Shown: positions 40,145 to 49,133 of the stretch, in pieces | How the letters are laid out: every line of letters begins with the position of its first letter | Numbering within the stretch: the first letter of the stretch is position 1 | Origin: an uncultured Candidatus Binatia bacterium | Lineage (GTDB): Bacteria > Desulfobacterota > Binatia > UBA9968 > CAXXLF01 | NCBI GenBank assembly: GCA_965218425.1 | Contig: OZ244621.1 | Coordinates: forward strand, 4,288,001-4,352,000 | Reading direction: 5' to 3' | Length of the DNA: 64,000 nucleotides | Position numbers and translations under genes: made by a program | The notes under the pieces: model-generated | Told to the model about the DNA's origin: nothing | Database searches by the model: none | Seen by the model: only the letters and a program-made list of their open reading frames with translations

Positions 40145-41106
40145 TCATTGCCAGTAGGCGAATGCGCACCCACAGCCTGTTCCAGCGGGCGAGCGGTAGC
40201 ACGGTTCGTAGGCCAAGAGGTTCATGGCCATGTCGGCCTCCTCCATGGCGCCAGCCACCACAGTCCAGTTACGAATCTCGCCGGTGCCCCAGTTGAACAA
40301 CTCTTCGGGGTGGCTAACCAGTTTTTTCTCATCCTTCGCCTGCATGGCCTCCAGAACGGAGCGGTCCAGGGCTTCATCGATCACCGTATGGGATAGACCG
40401 CCGCTGCCAATTAAAGCAACAGTCTTATCGCTATCCCAGGACACTACGGCACGTTTCAAAGCTCTTCCTAAACTGTAGCATCGTTTTAAGGTTGGTTGAT
40501 TGGGGGCATAGTATGTGTTCAGAATCACAGGCACTTGGGGAGGGACCGATCCTTTCATAATTCGTCCGTAAATAAAGTCAAAGGCATGGCCGATAGAACG
40601 CCCTTGCTGTACATTGCGGCAGCTGGCGATATCGAAGCCCTCGGCATTCAAATACCCTATCACATGCCGCCCGAGAGCGGGTTCGCCATATAATTGCAGG
40701 CAATCCTCCTTTTTTGGGGTGCGAATGCGACTGGAATGGGGAACATGGGGTATCCGTTCACCCCAAAAAACTCCGATAGCGGGAATTTCGTCTTCAGGCA
40801 TGAAAATTTCGTGAGTATCGTCGCCAACAATAATAACCACCTCCGGAGCTACCTGTTTAAGCAGCTCTCCAAGTTGGTCAATGCTCTTCTGGCAGGCCTC
40901 GTGCCGGCGCTGCCACACCTCCGGTGTTAGCTCTTTTCCGATCCAGCTATCCCTCTCCCGGATCATCTGCTCGATATCGAGCTTCATGGGTATACCGCCC
41001 CCTTTGGGATTCGCCATGTCCCTCTTCCCAGCCTCAGCCCACCTGTCTACTGTCCCATTTAGGCTGGGTGCATGACTCGCACATACTCCAGGACCATATG
41101 TGCCAT
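40145..41106 (-). pseudogene. DesZ/LigZ-like extradiol dioxygenase with a 1-nt frameshift near codon 7 (pseudogene or sequencing error)
   Basis: ATG 41106 has an AGGAGG SD. Adding one G at 41088-41089 restores MAHMVLGVCASHAPSLNGTVDRW..., collinear with paralog 22431. Confidence 0.8.
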
Positions 41107-41481
41107 AGGGACCTCCTGGTTTCTGTTCAAGGTTCGTCAGTTCGCGCTGCTTGGTCTGTCACAAGGCCAACATTACAAGGTTTAGAAATGACCCTGAGTG
41201 CCTTTGGCTCAGGCAGAAGAGCTTAACAAGGGAAGTAAGTCATGAGCCACGATAAAAAAATAAAATTTTTGCTGTGGCAATCAGAGCTTATCACTTGTAC
41301 TACCGGCACTTACACATCGATCTATATGCTAGTCAATGACAACCTGTCAAGAGACCGTAATGATGAGTAAATCTGAGACCGAGCGAAGGGATGATGCCCC
41401 TGGTTGAAGATATTGCACGGAGGTAAGGTAATTTCAGGGATTGACGACAAGGCAGCCAACGAAAACCAAGCTGCCGACACC

Positions 41482-42273
41482 TTAGAAGGGACGAGCCGCA
41501 CGCACGTCATCGACATACTTTTTAGCAAGCTCAAGAACCAACTTGGCAACCTCGTCCCCGCGACCTGGAATACGCCCGCCTTGAAGAAACGTAGCCCTAT
41601 AGGTGAACCCGGAAATGCGTCCGTCCGCCTCAGGGCCCGCAGTCGACGATCCGCCCAAGACGGGAATTCGACATTTCTCCGCCACTTCGGCATAGATACT
41701 GTGATCCCTGACATGGGTCAAATCCAACATGGTTGCACCTGCCTCCTCCAGAGCTTTCGCCTCGCTGAGGATCTTTTCTCGCATTCGTTTCGCCATATCC
41801 TCTGTGGACGTGTCCAATGACCCGGCGCTCAGGGTACTCTGTGGAGAAAACCCAAACTGAGTCCAAACAGGAATTCCACCTCCGGCAATTCGTCGAACGG
41901 CATCTAAGTTACTTGCAGCATTATCCAATTTTACCATCTCCGCGTGCCCTTCCTTCACCAAGCGAATTGCCGCCCTGACAGCTGACTCGGGTCCTTCTTG
42001 CACTGGGCCAAAAGGCATATCGCAACTCGCCACGGCCCGTTTCACCCCACGGGTCACGGCGAGGCATACAATAATCATTTGCTCCACGGTCACATCGTGA
42101 TGGGTCGCCTGCCCCCACATGTTCCGCCCCACACTGTCACCCACAGTGAGGATGTCCACCCCTGCAAGGTCCATGATTTGCGCCATTTGATAATCGTAGG
42201 TGATTGCGGCGGAGATTTTTTTCTTCTCACGTTTCATTTGTTGCAAATCTGCTACCGTTAATTTCTCTGCCAT
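41482..42273 (-). CDS. PanB-fold protein, divergent active site (subtype 2)
   Basis: ITYDY, VGDSVGRN, CDMPF, MVKLDN, VWTQFG, LDLTHV. Close paralog of 24031. Confidence 0.85.
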   Translation of the reverse strand: MAEKLTVADLQQMKREKKKISAAITYDYQMAQIMDLAGVDILTVGDSVGRNMWGQATHHDVTVEQMIIVCLAVTRGVKRAVASCDMPFGPVQEGPESAVRAAIRLVKEGHAEMVKLDNAASNLDAVRRIAGGGIPVWTQFGFSPQSTLSAGSLDTSTEDMAKRMREKILSEAKALEEAGATMLDLTHVRDHSIYAEVAEKCRIPVLGGSSTAGPEADGRISGFTYRATFLQGGRIPGRGDEVAKLVLELAKKYVDDVRAARPF

Positions 42274-42952
42274 TGCCGTTCCTCCTTTTCAAAAACGGTT
42301 ATTGTCCGAGGACCCGTGTTCGCGCAGGCTAGGCACGCCTGTGATCAGACCCAAACACGACTCCAACACTCCTCTTTTTCCACCTCGCTCTTATAATATC
42401 TCCATTCCAATGCGAAACTGTCTCGCAAAGTTCCTTCTACGACGTGACCCCGAAGTTTTTTTACACCCTCTCCCATCTGGTTCATGAATTCCGGTCCTTC
42501 ACTCTAAAACCCTAGAATATTTGCTATGGCCATCATCTTGGCAGTCCGCTCTAGGTAAGGCGCATACATGCATGCCTCTTTGATACTCTTCTCCGCAATT
42601 TCCACGCCTATCCCGTGTCGCCTTCCTATAAGAGGATGCAAATCGTCGCGACTCTTAACACCGACTCTGGATGGAAGTCAAGTCTGGTCTCATTAATCTC
42701 GTTGAAGGTGAAGACATGAAAAGGCTAGTCATCGTAGAGCCGGGCGGAATCGACCCACCGGTCTAACGGAACGAACCCACAATCGGCAAAGGACAACGAG
42801 CACCAAAGTCGGTGCCTTCGAAAACCAAGACCAATTACCACTCTCATATTATTAAGGGAGCCTTTCGCCGCGTGCCTGTCGTACGCATAACGCTGGGATC
42901 CGGTATAGACTTAAGCCTGCAAGCAAATGGCAAAGCGTGCGGCTACCGGAAT

Positions 42953-42988
42953 AAAGAAGCCGTGTTTCCTGCGAAACACGGCTTCTTT
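42953..42988. terminator. Intrinsic terminator downstream of tRNA-Asn, probably bidirectional
   Basis: Perfect 16-bp inverted repeat aaagaagccgtgtttc-ctgc-gaaacacggcttcttt. Confidence 0.8.
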
Positions 42989-42994
42989 CCGAGA

Positions 42995-43070
42995 TGGCTC
43001 CCCGGGAGGGACTCGAACCCCCGACACGGTGGTTAACAGCCACCCGCTCTACCGACTGAGCTACCGGGGA
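42995..43070 (-). tRNA. tRNA-Asn(GTT)
   Basis: 76-nt cloverleaf: tccccggtagctcagtcggtagagcg-ggtgg-ctGTTaa-ccacc-gtgtcgggggttcgagtccctcccggggagCCA. Confidence 0.97.
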
Positions 43071-43217
43071 ATTGAATGATTGAACTCTATTTTTTCGGTT
43101 ATTTACGGCTTCAGTAAATGCTGATTGGCCTCTTACTAAAATGGGGATATCTACAGTTTATATCAAGGATCTGGAATTATTGCCAGCCTCGGCCTTAGGC
43201 CTACAAACGCCATCCCT

Positions 43218-43697
43218 CTAAGTTTTACTACCCGGGCTCTTCAACTCCTCCAGCATCTTGTGCAGGTGGGTGGCGGGCCAGTAGACCCGTTGGCAGTGCC
43301 GGCAGACACTGAACCTCTCTTGTGTTGAGAAAACGTAAGGGGGGACCTTCTTCTGAACCGCCTCTTTGGGGATCGGATCGAGGAGATCATTACACTCCAC
43401 GCACCGGGTGAAGGCGTTCTTTACAGGATCCAAACCATAGGCATGGATCACCTGCTTGAGCTGCTCACGGAACCGGGTACTCTCGATGAGCAGATAGTCG
43501 GGAGGGCCTTTCTTACGGATTCCACGGTCGCGGGTCAGGATCAAGCGGTCTTCTTTCCGTGCGGTGCGGATCAACCCATAGCCCGCCAGATGGGAACCGT
43601 AGGCCACATCGTGGCCTATGATGCGAAGCCACTTGGCCAGCCTCCCCAGCATTCTGTCCGCTGCGAATTTCACCGATTCGGCCCGATGATCAACCAT
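43218..43697 (-). CDS. Mut7-C RNase (PIN-like) domain protein with Zn ribbon
   Basis: F.AD.MLGRLAKWLR..G.D, LILTRD, TRCVECN, C..CQRVYWPATH. Start at ATG 43697. Confidence 0.85.
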   Translation of the reverse strand: MVDHRAESVKFAADRMLGRLAKWLRIIGHDVAYGSHLAGYGLIRTARKEDRLILTRDRGIRKKGPPDYLLIESTRFREQLKQVIHAYGLDPVKNAFTRCVECNDLLDPIPKEAVQKKVPPYVFSTQERFSVCRHCQRVYWPATHLHKMLEELKSPGSKT

Positions 43698-44026
43698 GGA
43701 CTCCCCGTGAGGTTTGAAAAAACCGCCCTCGACATATACCATTAACATAAGGAGCTTCTCCGTCGAACAATTCGGGACATTTATAGCGCATCAGAAACCA
43801 GAAGATAATTATTACTCCGACATGGATCCCTGGTATGTCATTTGCAGTCTTGCAACTTCAAGACATGTCAGGATGAAAGGAAGGCGAATGTTGGCACGAC
43901 CTCACGCAGCTTCCGATATCGTCTCCAAAACGCTTGCGCTCCTTGTCAACAGGATAGTTGACCGTAATCGATGAAGGATCGTTAGGGCGATAAATCAGAT
44001 CTCAGATGGCAGGCCCTTCGAGCGAT

Positions 44027-44056
44027 TTGACAATGGATTAACCTCGGAGTTATGAA
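44027..44056 (+). promoter_or_regulatory. Putative sigma70 promoter TTGACA-N18-TATGAA
   Basis: About 70 nt upstream of ATG 44129. Confidence 0.45.
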
Positions 44057-44128
44057 AGCTTCGTCCTTCGGAGAATTTTTCTTAAAAAAATTTGATGGTC
44101 GGTCTCTAGAAGATAAAGGAAAATTAAA

Positions 44129-45106
44129 ATGGAAGCGGAAAAAGAACGAGCCTTTGCCATACCGGTAACCACACGATCCCTGGTGGTCCTAGAAGTCGCC
44201 TCAGAACTGGTGTCACGCAAACGAAAAGAGTGGGCCTACCCGCAGGCAAAGGTGAGCTTGCGCAATCAAGGCGATGAGGATTGGAAGGTCTGCTTTTTTG
44301 GCAGCGATACCCCTGGCGCCATTGATGCGGTTGCCAGCGGTGAAGTTCAAGTGGCCATCATTAACCCTGCCGAGCCACTGAACCTGGCGGTGCGGGGTAC
44401 TGGTCCATACAAAGAACCTATCCCGCTGAGGATCATTTCGGTTATTCCCTCCTTCGATCAATTGGGTTTCGCCGTTACTGAAAAAACCGGTTTGACTTCA
44501 CTGGCACAGATTCGAGAGCGGCGTTTTCCGCTCAAGGTTTCACTGCGCGGCCAAAAGGACCACTCCCTTCATTTTATGGTGCGACACGTGCTATCCGCCT
44601 ATGATTTCACACTGGAGGACATTGTCTCCTGGGGAGGAGAGGTGCGTTACGATCCTGGTTTGCCGGACGAAGGCTCCAATCGCCTAGGAGCAGTGGGGCG
44701 CGGAGAGGTCGATGCGATCTTCGACGAGGCCATCAACGTTTGGGTCAATCAGGGGCTGGACTTGGGAATGCGGTTTTTAGAGCTGGAGGAACCTTACCTG
44801 CAAAAGCTGGAAAAGATGGGCTACCACCGGGCGCCCATTACCAAGGCGGAGTTTCCCAGAATCGGCCGGGATATCATGACCATCGATTTCAGTGGTTGGC
44901 CCATCTTCACCCATGTCAACGTTTCCAGTGACATAATTACATCCTTCTGCTCGGCCCTGGAGGCGCGCAAGGACCGCATCCCGTGGCAAGGTGAGGGTCC
45001 CCTACCCCTAGAGCGGATGTGTAAAGATAGTCCCGATTCACCTTTGGACGTCCCGCTGCACCCGGCGGCTGAGCGATATTGGTGTGAGCGCGGCTACCTT
45101 CCCTAA
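44129..45106 (+). CDS. TAXI-like PBP2-fold protein without a signal peptide, paralog of 33677
   Basis: LEVASEL, GTGPYKEPIPLRII, DFSGWPIFTH, LEARKDRIPW, PLHPAAERYW. Confidence 0.68.
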   Translation: MEAEKERAFAIPVTTRSLVVLEVASELVSRKRKEWAYPQAKVSLRNQGDEDWKVCFFGSDTPGAIDAVASGEVQVAIINPAEPLNLAVRGTGPYKEPIPLRIISVIPSFDQLGFAVTEKTGLTSLAQIRERRFPLKVSLRGQKDHSLHFMVRHVLSAYDFTLEDIVSWGGEVRYDPGLPDEGSNRLGAVGRGEVDAIFDEAINVWVNQGLDLGMRFLELEEPYLQKLEKMGYHRAPITKAEFPRIGRDIMTIDFSGWPIFTHVNVSSDIITSFCSALEARKDRIPWQGEGPLPLERMCKDSPDSPLDVPLHPAAERYWCERGYLP

Positions 45107-45190
45107 CTGATGCTTAATTTAGTGGAACAAACAAACCAATGGGATGGTACGTAACTTTATTTTTCATTCATTCCCTCCAAGGAGGAAACC

Positions 45191-46867
45191 ATGCGGGTCA
45201 TTGATGCCATCTCAGAGGCGATGAAGCGTGAAGGAATTGAGTTCATAAGCTGCTATCCCACCAACCCCATCATCGAAGCTGCCGCGGTTGCCGGCATACG
45301 GCCCATCGTATGTCGCCAAGAGAGAGTCGGTGTGGGTTTTGCCGATGGCTTCAGTCGCGTCACAAATGGGCGGCGCATCGGCGCCTTTACGATGCAGGCG
45401 GGCCCCGGAGCCGAGAACGCCTATTCCGGCATTACTACAGCCTATTCCGATTCTGTACCGATCCTTGTTTTGGCAGCTGGATATCCCAGAGATACGGCGC
45501 AGGTCTTTCATTTTTTCAGATCCTCCAGTGCCTATTCGTCGGTTTGCAAATGGACAGAAGAAATCAACGTGGCGGATCAAGCCCTGGATGTCATGAGACG
45601 CGCATTTAGCCTTTTAAAAATGGGCCGGCCGGGTCCCGTCATCATTGAGATACCACGCGATGTGCAGACTGAGGATTTTGGTGGAGACCCTGCCAAATAT
45701 AAACCAGTGAAATCTACCCGGGCAGGTGCCAACGCCCATGACGTTGCTGAAGCGGCCCGTGTTCTTTTGGAGGCACGGTGTCCAGTGATTTACGCCGGGC
45801 AAGGCGTCCTGTATGCCGAGGCGACCGAGAAACTCATAGCGCTGGCAGAGCTTGTGCAAGCGCCGGTCCTGACGACCTTGGAAGGAAAGAGCGCGTTTCC
45901 TGAGGATCACCCCTTGGCACTAGGAACCGCCGCCTCGGGTGTCACCAGGGCGGCCTACCAATTCTTACAAAAGGCCGATGTCGTTCTTGCCGTGGGCACC
46001 AGCTTGACTCGCCATGGTATTACCGCAGCGCCCGTACCGCCAGGAAAAGTTTTAATTCACTGCACTAACGATGAGAGAGAGATCAACAAGCAGTATCAAG
46101 TGGACTATCCCATATTAGGAGATGCCGGCCTCGTATTGTCTCAGTTCATCGAGGCGGCAAAGGACCTGTTGGGCAACCGTCAACGGGAATCGAACGGTGC
46201 CATAGCAGGAGAGATTAAGAAAATAAAAGAGGAGTGGCTCGCCCAGTGGATGCCTAAACTAACCTCGAATGAAGTCCCCATTACCCCCTATCGCGTCATC
46301 TGGGAATTTATCCAAGCGGTAGATCCGAAACAAACCATTGTCACCCATGATTCAGGGAGCCCGCGCAACCAGCTGGTCCCCTTTTATCCGGCAACGACCC
46401 CCCGAGGCTATCTGGGTTGGGGAAAATCTCACGCCCTGGGCGCCGGCCTGGGGCTCATTATTGGTGCGAAGCTCGCGGCACCGGACAAGTTCTGCGTCAA
46501 CTTCATGGGCGACTCTGCCTTTGGCATGACTGGGCTAGACTTTGAAACCGCAGCGCGCTGCAACATACCCATTTTAACCATTGTACTTAACAACTTCTCA
46601 ATGGCTGTGGAGACCCAAAGTATGGCCAAGTCCCACCAGCTATTTAACACCCGTGATGTAACAGGAAACTACGCCGAAATTGGTCGTGCCTTGGGCGGTT
46701 ACGCCGAAAGAATCGAAAAGCCGGAAGAGATAGGGGCGGCCATCCGACGGGCAAAGAAAGCGAACGAGGAAGGCAAGGCAGCGTTATTGGAATTCATCAC
46801 CAGCCAGGAGATTTCCTACTCCAACCTGCCAGCGATGGAAACAGATGGAAAACAGCAAAGCGCATAG
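45191..46867 (+). CDS. Thiamine-diphosphate-dependent enzyme (acetolactate-synthase-like superfamily)
   Basis: RQER Glu, GPG, GRPGPV, MGDSAFGM...LNN ThDP motif. Confidence 0.85.
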   Translation: MRVIDAISEAMKREGIEFISCYPTNPIIEAAAVAGIRPIVCRQERVGVGFADGFSRVTNGRRIGAFTMQAGPGAENAYSGITTAYSDSVPILVLAAGYPRDTAQVFHFFRSSSAYSSVCKWTEEINVADQALDVMRRAFSLLKMGRPGPVIIEIPRDVQTEDFGGDPAKYKPVKSTRAGANAHDVAEAARVLLEARCPVIYAGQGVLYAEATEKLIALAELVQAPVLTTLEGKSAFPEDHPLALGTAASGVTRAAYQFLQKADVVLAVGTSLTRHGITAAPVPPGKVLIHCTNDEREINKQYQVDYPILGDAGLVLSQFIEAAKDLLGNRQRESNGAIAGEIKKIKEEWLAQWMPKLTSNEVPITPYRVIWEFIQAVDPKQTIVTHDSGSPRNQLVPFYPATTPRGYLGWGKSHALGAGLGLIIGAKLAAPDKFCVNFMGDSAFGMTGLDFETAARCNIPILTIVLNNFSMAVETQSMAKSHQLFNTRDVTGNYAEIGRALGGYAERIEKPEEIGAAIRRAKKANEEGKAALLEFITSQEISYSNLPAMETDGKQQSA

Positions 46868-47050
46868 CGCAAGGCATGCTCAGTACTGAGTGCTGAGTGT
46901 TCGGAATAGGTCTTCGGTGTTGAGAGCAGGGTTTAACACCAAACACTGATAGCACTTTACACTGTTCTAACTGCTTACAGGTTGCTCGATCTTCTCTCCT
47001 CAATCCTCGATTTTCTTTGCTCAGCACTCGTCACTAGGTACTATGCCGAG
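46861..47050. repeat. Degenerate heptamer and inverted-repeat (REP-like) element between convergent genes
   Basis: tactgag-tgctgag vs ctcagca-ctcgtca; ggtgtt...aacacc-aaacact; cctcaat-cctcgat. Confidence 0.45.
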
Positions 47051-47076
47051 TGCCTCTTCGCGTTGTTGTCACAGGC

Positions 47077-48207
47077 TCAATTGGCCCCGTTTCCCATGGC
47101 ATGGAGCTTTGGAAGGACTTCCTTGCTAAACATTCGGACGTTGTTAAGCACCAACTCCTGCGGCATGGCCCCCATGCGCACAATCGCCATAAAGGTGCCG
47201 AACCCACCAAGCTCCTCATACTGCGCCTTGAGGTCGCTCAGGACTCGATCCGGCGTCCCCACCAGCACGAACCCGTCGTCGCGCATCTTTTCCATTGGGG
47301 TCACATCAAAAGGATACGGCGTTTTTACCTGATCCCGTGTCAGGTCGGGGTTCTGCGCCAGCAATTTGTCGATGGCCGCGTTGTTGATCTCTCCCAACAG
47401 GTTCTGGAAGTAGTACTCGAAGTGTTTCTTGCAGAGCTTCTCCGCCTCCTTTTGACTTTCCGCCACGAAGACGTGGCGCGCTAGCAGGATGTCCCTTTCG
47501 GTAACCTTGCGGCCCGCCTCGGCACATGCCTCACGGAAAAAATCCAACTGCTTTTTGATGAATGCGGTGGGTGTAAAGGTCACACAAAGGGTCACTCCAG
47601 GTCTCCGGGCAACGTTCCTGGTTGGCTCAGGGCCAATGGCACCTACCCACACTGGCGGGTGGGGTTTCTGATACGGGCGTGGCCACATATCGACTTCCTG
47701 GTAATGGTAGTATTTTCCATGGTGGGTGAATATTTCACTGTTCCAAGCATTGATGATAACGTCCAGGGCCTCTTCGAACCGGGGACGACCTTCACTTACC
47801 GGAATACAATAGGGAAGGTACTCGCGGGGTATGCCGCGTACGAAGCCAGCGATCACTCGGCCCCGGGACAGGTTGTCCAGCATGGCCAGCTCCTCGGCGA
47901 CGCGCATCGGATGCCCATGGAGCGGAAGAAGATTCCCTGCCACAGCAAGTTTGAGGCGACTGGTCTTGGCGGCAATGTAGGAAAGGAACAAATTGGGTGA
48001 GTTATCCAGGCTGTAGGGACTCCCGTGGTGTTCGTTGAGGCAAACCCCGTCGAAGCCCAACTCTTCCATGAGCAGGAACTGTTCGACGTGGTTCTCGTAG
48101 GTCTTCGCCGCCATCTCTGGCTCATAGTTCTTTATACCTACCGGGTAGCCCAGGCGTCCCGTAAGATCTTTCATATAGGGAACAAAATCAAAGGTAAAAA
48201 CTTGCAT
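47077..48207 (-). CDS. LLM-class (luciferase-like) flavin-dependent oxidoreductase
   Basis: EELGFDGVCLNEHH, HPMRVAEELAMLDNLSRGR, PRPYQKPHPPVW. Confidence 0.9.
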   Translation of the reverse strand: MQVFTFDFVPYMKDLTGRLGYPVGIKNYEPEMAAKTYENHVEQFLLMEELGFDGVCLNEHHGSPYSLDNSPNLFLSYIAAKTSRLKLAVAGNLLPLHGHPMRVAEELAMLDNLSRGRVIAGFVRGIPREYLPYCIPVSEGRPRFEEALDVIINAWNSEIFTHHGKYYHYQEVDMWPRPYQKPHPPVWVGAIGPEPTRNVARRPGVTLCVTFTPTAFIKKQLDFFREACAEAGRKVTERDILLARHVFVAESQKEAEKLCKKHFEYYFQNLLGEINNAAIDKLLAQNPDLTRDQVKTPYPFDVTPMEKMRDDGFVLVGTPDRVLSDLKAQYEELGGFGTFMAIVRMGAMPQELVLNNVRMFSKEVLPKLHAMGNGAN

Positions 48208-48267
48208 ATTCTTTCTTCCTTCCGTTTGAAGCTTTTATAAATTTTCTTCGTTCATTCCGACCTTCGT

Positions 48268-48936
48268 TTACTCAGAACCTTGATTCTTTGTCTTGGAGCG
48301 GCTCATCAACCCCGCAAGTGAAAATCGGGTAATATGATCCGCCAGCTTTTCAATATCCTCCACAGAAAATTTCTGAATGGAGTACAACCGGCTGATCACC
48401 GCCCTGGAATGGTGATAGAAGCCGCATTGACTCACCACGCTCAACATGTTCAGGCGTACCAACTCATCATCAGCGTCAGGCCCAAGAAGCTCTCTGACAA
48501 TGGACTCCAGTTCTTGACTCAGAGGACGAATGGCCTCTTCTACAATTACATCCAGGGCGGGTGTCGGTTCGATCAACTCTCGTGCCGCCAACTTCATATG
48601 CCAGTTCGGACGTCCCTCACCCAGGAGGCGATTCAGCAACGAACGAATAAAGGCGCGAAGCCTATCCTCCGCGCCGGCCCCGCGTTTCAAACCGAAACTT
48701 GGCGGATACAAATCTGTGGCGGTGGAATGCAGGTAACGCATCACCGCAAGGTAGAGTCCATCCTTGTCCCTGAAGTAGTAATTGACAGCGGCCAGATTCG
48801 CCCTGGCCTTTTCGCAGATTTGCCGTACCGTGGCGCCGCGATAACCATACTCTGCAAAGATTTCACCCGCCGCCTCCAGAAGACGTTCCTCTGTTCCTAA
48901 ATTATTCGAAGATTCTCTCCGTGCTTCCCTAACCAT
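48268..48936 (-). CDS. TetR-family regulator (CecR/YbiH-like)
   Basis: RLLEAAGEIFAEYGYRGATVRQICEKA.ANLAAVNYYF.DKDGLY HTH; RELIEPT; HITRFSLAG. Confidence 0.9.
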   Translation of the reverse strand: MVREARRESSNNLGTEERLLEAAGEIFAEYGYRGATVRQICEKARANLAAVNYYFRDKDGLYLAVMRYLHSTATDLYPPSFGLKRGAGAEDRLRAFIRSLLNRLLGEGRPNWHMKLAARELIEPTPALDVIVEEAIRPLSQELESIVRELLGPDADDELVRLNMLSVVSQCGFYHHSRAVISRLYSIQKFSVEDIEKLADHITRFSLAGLMSRSKTKNQGSE

Positions 48937-48948
48937 GATGATAAAACG

Positions 48949-48977
48949 CTTGTATTAAACAAACGTATGGTTGTCAA
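48949..48977 (-). promoter_or_regulatory. Sigma70 promoter TTGACA-N17-TACAAG overlapping two imperfect palindromes (likely TetR operators)
   Basis: -10 lies only about 12 nt above ATG 48936; aaacgcttgtat and aaacaaacgtat repeats overlap the promoter. Confidence 0.55.
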
Positions 48978-49133
48978 CTACTGTCTTGTTAGTGGCAAGC
49001 ACAACCTACTTAAGCATCTAATTCTACAGAGTTAATTATGTTGGGGACTGGCAGGGGATGGGCAAGACCACAGTGATGTAAAGCCCCCCGGTCATTTGAA
49101 TAAAATTATCTGCCGCGTCTTTGCTGCCCACAC

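Noticed and set aside
2488..42273. Calling the four PanB homologues pantothenate biosynthesis genes (panB)
   Set aside because: The catalytic Glu motif is absent in all four, no other pan genes are present, and the context is catabolic.
116..42273. Integron cassette array
   Set aside because: Genes are co-oriented, but the spacers I checked showed no recurring attC-type inverted repeats, there is no integrase, and genes have their own promoters and operon-like spacing.
42995..43070. tRNA-Asn as a proven island boundary
   Set aside because: No integrase or duplicated tRNA 3' end was seen, and the same catabolic families continue on the other side.
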